A stretch of 64,000 nt of DNA. It comes from Aliarcobacter sp. Lineage in GTDB: Bacteria; Verrucomicrobiota; Verrucomicrobiia; Methylacidiphilales; Verrucolacustridaceae. The notes beneath the pieces are model-generated. The model worked only from the letters and a program-made list of their open reading frames with translations, was not told the DNA's origin and searched no databases. Below are positions 58,031 to 64,000 of this stretch, piece by piece (position 1 is the stretch's first letter; each line of letters begins with the position of its first letter). The DNA is taken from assembly GCA_041730685.1 (NCBI GenBank), contig JBGSBI010000003.1:4413-68412 (forward strand), read 5' to 3'. A program made the translations under genes and the position numbers.

Positions 58031-58234
58031 TTATTTTTCTGGCGGGAGTCGTCCCTCGGCGATGGCACGGCGGCGGTTGATGGGGAATTGCAAGGAAAAG
58101 GTCTCCGCTTCTTCCAGCCAGCGTAGTTTTTCTATCAGGGTCATTCTCATTCCATTTTGTAACATGGTTCGCTCGGCTCCCTCGTAGTTAGCATCTTTCC
58201 ATGCTGGATGATTGTCGAACTCTTCTTGGGTCAT
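58031..58234 (-). CDS. Small hypothetical protein
   Basis: 67 aa, MTLIEKLRWLEEA motif; coupled to the upstream ORF. Confidence 0.6.
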   Translation of the reverse strand: MTQEEFDNHPAWKDANYEGAERTMLQNGMRMTLIEKLRWLEEAETFSLQFPINRRRAIAEGRLPPEK

Positions 58235-58419
58235 TTAAGTTTCCCAAGCTTTTTTTTCTTGGTGGCAGCTCCTTGGTTAAAAACGAAGATTGTCGCTTCA
58301 TCGAGCCAAGCCAAACGCTGGCTAGGAGTCATGCGATCAAACCCTGTGTGTCCGTCGTAATCTTCTGGCCGGGAAAGTCGGACTGCCTCCAGTGCCTGTT
58401 CCTGAACTTTATCTTTCAT
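58231..58419 (-). CDS. Small hypothetical protein
   Basis: 62 aa, MTPSQRLAWLDEA motif. Confidence 0.6.
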   Translation of the reverse strand: MKDKVQEQALEAVRLSRPEDYDGHTGFDRMTPSQRLAWLDEATIFVFNQGAATKKKKLGKLK

Positions 58420-58912
58420 CCTTCTGAATTTTTGCCTCCAGGGCGGCGATGTCCAGCAGGTCTTTTGGGCGCTGAGGCTGAATAGCTTTTTTCAAAGCAA
58501 GAAGTCTGCCCGGAGAAATAATCTGGAATCGGATGCCTCCAACTTCCATCCATTGGACGTGCGGCTTCAGCGATTCGTACGAGAGTTCAGGCCGCAGAAA
58601 TACATCCAGCTGCAAGATGGGTTCATCGGGGTTAACAAAGGTAAATACCAGAGCCTGCTTTTCCTCGATCATCGCCTGCCTAACCTTAGGGTCCGCTAAG
58701 GTTTCTGGACGGACTGGCGCCCGAGGCACGAGTCCCATCTTATTCATCACCTGAATCAGGCGATCCCAATTCATAAGGTCCATGTAAATCGCCACGTCGA
58801 CGTCCATCGTGACCCGCTCGACACCGTGAAGCACGCAGGCGACACCGCCGGCTAAGATAAAATCCACACCCCCAGCCACTAACTCCTTCAGAATTTTCGT
58901 GTGCGGACCCAT
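58409..58912 (-). CDS. Nucleotidyltransferase-fold protein (DUF6036-like)
   Basis: FILAGGVACVLHGVERVTMDVD, LLALKK..RPKDLLDI; start at MGPHTK. Confidence 0.8.
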   Translation of the reverse strand: MGPHTKILKELVAGGVDFILAGGVACVLHGVERVTMDVDVAIYMDLMNWDRLIQVMNKMGLVPRAPVRPETLADPKVRQAMIEEKQALVFTFVNPDEPILQLDVFLRPELSYESLKPHVQWMEVGGIRFQIISPGRLLALKKAIQPQRPKDLLDIAALEAKIQKDER

Positions 58913-58922
58913 GGACGATCTC

Positions 58923-59714
58923 CTACGGTTTCGGCGGGATAGGCCTCTTGCTGAGATTATGCTCCAGCAAGCGAGTGTGGCGGACGAGGGTGGAGTAGAA
59001 GGTTGAAGCGGCGATATAAAAGCCTGGGTACCCGTCGAGGAAACCGAGCCTGATAAAATATGCCCGCATAAATCTCCAGAAGGCACGGAATCCTGCTTCG
59101 GTGGGAGACCAACGAGAACCTTTTTTGATTCTCGAATCCAGATAGAGATCGGAAAAGTAGTTAATCTTCGACACGTAACTGGAAATGGATGGGTTCGAAT
59201 AGTGGAGGATATCCCCATTCAATCGTCCGATCCGACCCTCGACGATGAGTCGATCGTGTGGATCGGTGCCGCCCCACCTCGCCTTCCCTGAACGCCAGAG
59301 GCGCATCTGCCAGTCGGGATACCAGTCGCCATGCCGCACCCAGTGCCCCAGAAAAAGAGAGCAGCGCGCCATCCTCAAAGCGACAGGACCCCCATCTTTT
59401 GCTGTCAGAAAAAAGCGGTGAATCGAATCCTTTAATTTGTCGGAGATTTCTTCGTCAGAATCGAGGCCCAGGATCCAAGGCTGGGTGGCCTTATCCGCGG
59501 CCGAGTTCTTTTGGGCAATATGCTCTTTCCACGATTCTCGGAATACTTTGGCCCCATGCTCAGTCGCAATTTTATCGGTACCATCGGTGACGTCATCGTT
59601 GACCACCACAATCGTCTCCGCGACCCACCCTTGAACGCTTTTGATGGCCCTCCCAATTCGAGCGGAGTCGGGTCCCGAGATCATGCAAACAGAAATAGGG
59701 AGCGGAGTAGGCAT
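58923..59714 (-). CDS. GT2 (WaaE/KdtX-like LPS glycosyltransferase)
   Basis: WILGLDSDE, WYPDWQMRLW, GFLDGYPG. Confidence 0.85.
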   Translation of the reverse strand: MPTPLPISVCMISGPDSARIGRAIKSVQGWVAETIVVVNDDVTDGTDKIATEHGAKVFRESWKEHIAQKNSAADKATQPWILGLDSDEEISDKLKDSIHRFFLTAKDGGPVALRMARCSLFLGHWVRHGDWYPDWQMRLWRSGKARWGGTDPHDRLIVEGRIGRLNGDILHYSNPSISSYVSKINYFSDLYLDSRIKKGSRWSPTEAGFRAFWRFMRAYFIRLGFLDGYPGFYIAASTFYSTLVRHTRLLEHNLSKRPIPPKP

Positions 59715-59818
59715 AGGGGTAGATTACCGATAATGGCCTGAAGATGAAGATTAAGATCGAGCCTCCTTCTTTATCGGCTCGCAGGAGGACAGGTTTATGT
59801 TTATCTTTCTAAGTTGAA

Positions 59819-59905
59819 GGACAGGTGCCGGAGCGGTCTATCGGGCTCGCCTGGAAAGCGTGTGTTGGGTTAAACCAACCGTGGGTTCGAATCCCACCCT
59901 GTCCG
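59819..59905 (+). tRNA. tRNA-Ser(GGA)
   Basis: Acceptor GGACAGG/CCTGTCC, anticodon loop CT-GGA-AA, long variable arm, GGTTCGAATCC; CCA not encoded. Confidence 0.95.
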
Positions 59906-59916
59906 CCCCTCTTTGA

Positions 59917-59993
59917 GGACAGGGAATCCATTCTGCGGGACGCGAGAATTGGCTAGGTCTCAGGGTAACGGGGGACCAATCCCACCCTGTCCG
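59917..59993 (+). pseudogene. Degenerate tRNA-Ser-like copy or att remnant
   Basis: Starts GGACAGG and ends AATCCCACCCTGTCCG, identical to tRNA 59890-59905. Confidence 0.55.
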
Positions 59994-60071
59994 ACTCTAC
60001 TTCGCACCGAACGCTCCGCGATTGTGCTTTGAAGAGTTGGCAGACTGGGATATTTAATCACGCAGAGGTCG

Positions 60072-60485
60072 CTAGGAGCTTTGCCAAACAAACTCGACGG
60101 GCTTTGCAATTCGTGGGTCCAAGCTGTGATGTACGGGGCAACCGAGGGCGGCTGCTTCCAGTAATTTTCTTTGCGGATGATTTCCGGGAAGTGGAATGGT
60201 GATCGTTGATTTGAGTGCCACAATTCTCCGTGGCATATCCGCGCTCATTTCTTTCGTCGTTTCAATGGTCATCCCCTCGAGTTTGACGGAGTGGCGTTTA
60301 GCAGAAATCCCCATGATCGTAGCCATACAGGTGGCCAAAGCGGTAGCAACAAGGTCGGTGGGCGAGAAGGATTCTCCCTTGCCCTCATTATCGACAGGGG
60401 CATCGGTCGAGATTGTAGCCCCTGAGGGCCCGTGGGAAGCGGAGCAGCGAAGCTTGCCCTCGTAGGAGACCGAGATTTTTACCAA
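60072..60485 (-). CDS. OsmC family protein
   Basis: TDAPVDNEGKGESFSPTDL..ALATC, CPVHHSL. Confidence 0.9.
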   Translation of the reverse strand: MVKISVSYEGKLRCSASHGPSGATISTDAPVDNEGKGESFSPTDLVATALATCMATIMGISAKRHSVKLEGMTIETTKEMSADMPRRIVALKSTITIPLPGNHPQRKLLEAAALGCPVHHSLDPRIAKPVEFVWQSS

Positions 60486-60498
60486 GTTGTTGCTCGGC

Positions 60499-61182
60499 TT
60501 AGTCGTGAGTCGCACCGGAGCTGCGAGCCCAACTCCCCGCGAGACCGAGGAGGAACATAATTCCCGAGCCCGCCACTGCACCAAGAAGAACCTTCAGTAG
60601 CTCAAGGGTCATCGAGCGACGCTGATTTTGCAAAGCGCGGGCGGTGCCTTCTCTGAGTTGCGCCTTTTGGGTTTCGGTCTGAGCCGTGAGCTTGGAAATA
60701 AATTCGTTAGCTTGGAGGGTGGTGCGATTTTGCTGATTGAAATTCACTACCACACTTTGGAGCTCGGCCGGAGTAAGAATTTTGACCCGATCGACGGTAG
60801 TTTCGAGTTGGCGCATCTGGGCTTGGCTCTGAGTGGTGATCTGCTGCTCGGCCGCAACGATTAGGCGATTACCCGTGGCCAAAGCCGCAACGATGACGAC
60901 GAGAAACCCGCCCGCATAGATAAAGGGGACAAAAGAAAGAAGGCGCATCACCGTCCTTTCGATTGGCAGGGGCATGACCCGCGGGAAGGCGAGCAGAACT
61001 CCGAGAGCAAGAAGGGGAACGGGGGTGCGATCGACTAGTCCTGAGCTAAACCGAAATGCTTGGAGAGCCCCACCAAATGGATTGCCGAGAAGTTGAAAGA
61101 GAAGATCGATGCCAGCGAAGACAAGCAGGCCGTAACCGACAACGCGAATGATTTGAGGGGCAGGATTTGTGGTAGATTTCAT
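60499..61182 (-). CDS. HpsJ-like membrane protein
   Basis: RVVGYGLL, LVDRTPVPLLALG, Gln-rich helical segment, C-terminal TM. Confidence 0.6.
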   Translation of the reverse strand: MKSTTNPAPQIIRVVGYGLLVFAGIDLLFQLLGNPFGGALQAFRFSSGLVDRTPVPLLALGVLLAFPRVMPLPIERTVMRLLSFVPFIYAGGFLVVIVAALATGNRLIVAAEQQITTQSQAQMRQLETTVDRVKILTPAELQSVVVNFNQQNRTTLQANEFISKLTAQTETQKAQLREGTARALQNQRRSMTLELLKVLLGAVAGSGIMFLLGLAGSWARSSGATHD

Positions 61183-61346
61183 AACTCGAAGGCTGGGCTA
61201 CGATGCTGATTTGTCGAGCTTCAAGGGATTTTCTCCCAGACAGGTCGTGAATAAATGGCAAGAGATGACGAGCCGGCGTTATCCATGTTCTTTTATCTAA
61301 AGAAAAACGGCGACTTTCCTTGCCCTGGTGTATATTGGGCGTCGAG

Positions 61347-62972
61347 ATGATAGCGCTCCTCAATGCCTCGGATTGGGATCGAACGAAGGCGGGCATGCTC
61401 CTCCAGCGGGCTGGGTTTGGGGGCACTCCAGATGAGGTGGACGCGCTCGCAGCTCTCTCGCCCGCGGAAGCGGCTAATTCCCTTCTTGGCCCAAGCAATC
61501 CGTTGCTGATAGAGCCTCCAGCGTTTCTTCAAGAAATCGGTGCGGAAGAGACACTGAAAAGCGACCGCTCCAAGATCAATTCACTCTCAGATAAGGACAA
61601 GGCGGAGGCCAAAAAAGCGGTTCAGCAGTATCTTAAGGCCAACCAAGCACGCCAACTCACCGAATTGCGTGGGTGGTGGCTTAAGCAGATGGCCGACCCC
61701 GCTCGGGCGGCCCGTGAGAAGCTGACTCTTTTTCTTCACGGGCACTTTGCCACCAGCTTCGAAAAGGTCCGCAGCCCTTACCTCCTCTATCAACAAAACA
61801 GCCTCTTTCGCGAAAAAGGGTACGGCTCGTGGTCGGATCTGGTTCTGGGGGTTGCTCAAGACCCCGCCATGCTGATCTATCTCGATGGAACTCTCAGCCG
61901 AGCTGAGGCCCCTAACGAAAATTTTGCCCGTGAGCTGTTTGAACTTTTTCTTCTCGGCGAAGGTAATTATACGGAAAAAGATATCCAAGAGAGCGCCCGC
62001 GCTTTCACGGGCTGGACCATCAACTCGGGAAGCGGAAAAAAGGGCGGCCTTCAGTTCGGGTCTCGCCCCTCTTTTAAAAATGTGACGAAATGGCATGACT
62101 CAGGATCGAAGACAATTTTTGGATCGACCGGAAACTTTGATGGGACGGATGTGGTTCGATTGGCCTTAGCCCAAGAAGCCTCCTCCCGATGGATCACCCA
62201 AAAACTTTGGCGCTTCTACGCAGGCTGGTCGCCACCCGAGCCCCTTCTGCAGGAGTTGGTGCGCGAGTGGAAATCCCTCGAAGGCCAGATTCGACCCTTC
62301 CTCATGGCGATGTGGACGAACCCCAACTTTTACGATCCCGCCCGAGCGGCCGACCGAGTGAAATCTCCGACCGAGTGGTTGGTGGGACTGTGCAGACAAA
62401 TCGATCGACCTATGCCTGCCCCCTCTCTTTCCGCCTATATTTTGAGCCAACTCGGTCAAATTCTTTTCGAGCCTCCTAATGTCAAAGGATGGGACGGGGG
62501 TATCGCGTGGATCAATACCGCCAGTATCACCCGCCGTTATGAGTTTGGTTCGTGGCTGGTGGAAGGCACTCAAGGACTACAGAAACTCGGATCTCTGAAT
62601 ATGGTACGGGTGGCTGCAGAAAGTGGCGCGATGGCGGTAGCCCCACCCGAGATCAGCCCTGAGGGGATGGTGGTCAGCCATTCCGCAAAAGATATGGCTC
62701 CAGCAGAAAAGCAGGCCGCCACAGAAAAAATGCGTGGAACGATTGCACTTTCCCCTGCCCCAATTGCTTCGATTACCACCGCAGAGCAACGTCAAAGCCC
62801 AGAAAAGCTTCTGGCGGCGCTGTCCACACGGTTCCTGCCTGGCGAAACGATCTCCGAAGATCTGCGTAAGCGTTTTCAGGAAGCGGCTGGGGATAAAGTC
62901 CCGCTGACCGATGCTGCCATTCGTAAAATGATTTTGTCGATTGTGCAAAGCCCCCTGTATCAGGTGACATGA
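61347..62972 (+). CDS. DUF1800 family protein
   Basis: LLQRAGFG, REKLTLFLHGHFATS, DPAMLIYLD, PNENFARELFELF, PPNVKGW. Confidence 0.9.
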   Translation: MIALLNASDWDRTKAGMLLQRAGFGGTPDEVDALAALSPAEAANSLLGPSNPLLIEPPAFLQEIGAEETLKSDRSKINSLSDKDKAEAKKAVQQYLKANQARQLTELRGWWLKQMADPARAAREKLTLFLHGHFATSFEKVRSPYLLYQQNSLFREKGYGSWSDLVLGVAQDPAMLIYLDGTLSRAEAPNENFARELFELFLLGEGNYTEKDIQESARAFTGWTINSGSGKKGGLQFGSRPSFKNVTKWHDSGSKTIFGSTGNFDGTDVVRLALAQEASSRWITQKLWRFYAGWSPPEPLLQELVREWKSLEGQIRPFLMAMWTNPNFYDPARAADRVKSPTEWLVGLCRQIDRPMPAPSLSAYILSQLGQILFEPPNVKGWDGGIAWINTASITRRYEFGSWLVEGTQGLQKLGSLNMVRVAAESGAMAVAPPEISPEGMVVSHSAKDMAPAEKQAATEKMRGTIALSPAPIASITTAEQRQSPEKLLAALSTRFLPGETISEDLRKRFQEAAGDKVPLTDAAIRKMILSIVQSPLYQVT

Positions 62973-62982
62973 AAGGAGCCCG

Positions 62983-64000
62983 ATGAATATTGATGAACTA
63001 AAAACACGGCGAGAGTTCCTGCGAACAGGGCTCTTGGGAGGTTCCCTCTGCTGGACTATGCCTGCTTTCCTGAGTCGGACGATGCAGTCACTCCACGCTG
63101 AAGCCGATGGTGCCTTAGTTCAGGGGGTTACGGGGCGAGACGGAAATATTTTAGTCGTGTTGCAACTTGCGGGTGGAAACGACGGCTTAAACACTGTGAT
63201 TCCGTTGGGAAACGACGAGTATCGCAAATCTCGCCCGACGATTGGGGTCCCCGAGGCGTCCATCCTGAAGCTTGATCCTCAAACTGGGTTGCACCCTTCT
63301 CTTTCTGGACTGGCTTCTGCCTACCAGGAAGGCCATTTGGCGGTGGTGCAGGGTGTCGGTTACCCAAATCCCAATCGATCTCACTTTCGCTCGACCGAGA
63401 TTTGGGCGACGGCGGTTGATTCTAATAAATCATCTAACACCGGTTGGATCGGCCGCTATTTCGACAACGCTTGCTCCGGTTGCGACGCCTCGGTGGGTAT
63501 TGCCATGGCCTCCCAAATGCCCCAAGCCCTGACCGCTTCCGTTCCAAAGGGGGTTCTTTATCAAGGCGGGGGCGGGGGTGGAAAAAAGAAAAGCAAAAAA
63601 GGTGGTGGGGCGAAGGCTGAAGCTGACGGATCGATGATGATGGAGGAGGACGATGACGCTGGCCAGGCAGGAGGCTCGATCGGCATGTTGAATGGGCCAG
63701 GAAATCTTGGAAAGCTCTCGGCTCTTGATTTCTTGGAGAGAACCGAGATGGACGCCAAGGTCAGCCAGCAGGAGATTGCCCAGGCTTCCGGCAAAGCAAA
63801 AAATTCTGTCCCCTACCCCGGCACGCGACTCGGTCAAAACTTTGCCATGGTTTCTCGCTTGATTGCGGGTGGCATGCCCACGCGAATTTACTACCTATCT
63901 TTGGGAGGATTCGACACCCACACCCAACAGGCTGGAGCTCATGAACGGCTCCTCAAAGAAATGGGAGACGCGGTAGCGGCTTTTTTGAGCGATCTGAAAG
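62983..64000 (+). CDS. DUF1501 family protein with Tat signal (partial)
   Basis: AAAGGAG RBS; TRREFL, LQLAGGNDGLN, GYPNPNRSHFRS, GGFDTH; runs off the window. Confidence 0.9.
   Translation, partial: MNIDELKTRREFLRTGLLGGSLCWTMPAFLSRTMQSLHAEADGALVQGVTGRDGNILVVLQLAGGNDGLNTVIPLGNDEYRKSRPTIGVPEASILKLDPQTGLHPSLSGLASAYQEGHLAVVQGVGYPNPNRSHFRSTEIWATAVDSNKSSNTGWIGRYFDNACSGCDASVGIAMASQMPQALTASVPKGVLYQGGGGGGKKKSKKGGGAKAEADGSMMMEEDDDAGQAGGSIGMLNGPGNLGKLSALDFLERTEMDAKVSQQEIAQASGKAKNSVPYPGTRLGQNFAMVSRLIAGGMPTRIYYLSLGGFDTHTQQAGAHERLLKEMGDAVAAFLSDLK

Noticed and set aside
58913-59218. N-terminal extension of the nucleotidyltransferase ORF
   Set aside because: It overlaps the GT2 gene in another frame; the domain starts at MGPHTK

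Overview
Bacterial chromosomal window, probably Verrucomicrobiota/PVC (inferred from gene content, not tested). 1-10 kb is strongly C-rich core-like DNA: a class-III aminotransferase divergent from ald-GNAT-HDAC-aldehyde dehydrogenase, then pgsA, DUF1802, an HTH-MBL fusion and queC-queE. 10-14 kb holds a REP-like hairpin, toxin-antitoxin modules (phd with truncated vapC, mazEF) and an ArsR gene bracketed by two palindromes. 14.3-56.8 kb is a large, compositionally mosaic surface-glycan locus. Its co-oriented minus-strand block (54220 to 25840) begins with a gene set that parallels the lincosamide GDP-octose pathway: GmhA-like isomerase, GmhB, transaldolase, epimerases, reversed HldE, Gfo/Idh/MocA and a Cys-less UDP-Glc-dehydrogenase homologue. 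It continues with ThDP-dependent enzymes, GtrA/GT2/GT-C-like proteins and an acyltransferase frameshifted at an (AT)6 tract, and it is preceded by an ops/JUMPstart-like motif. 56.8-60 kb has TA and four-helix-bundle cassettes with short GCGGAAA-type repeats, tRNA-Ser(GGA) and a degenerate tRNA-like copy. The window ends with OsmC, an HpsJ-like protein, DUF1800 and DUF1501. All family calls come from motif recognition by eye; no database search was run.
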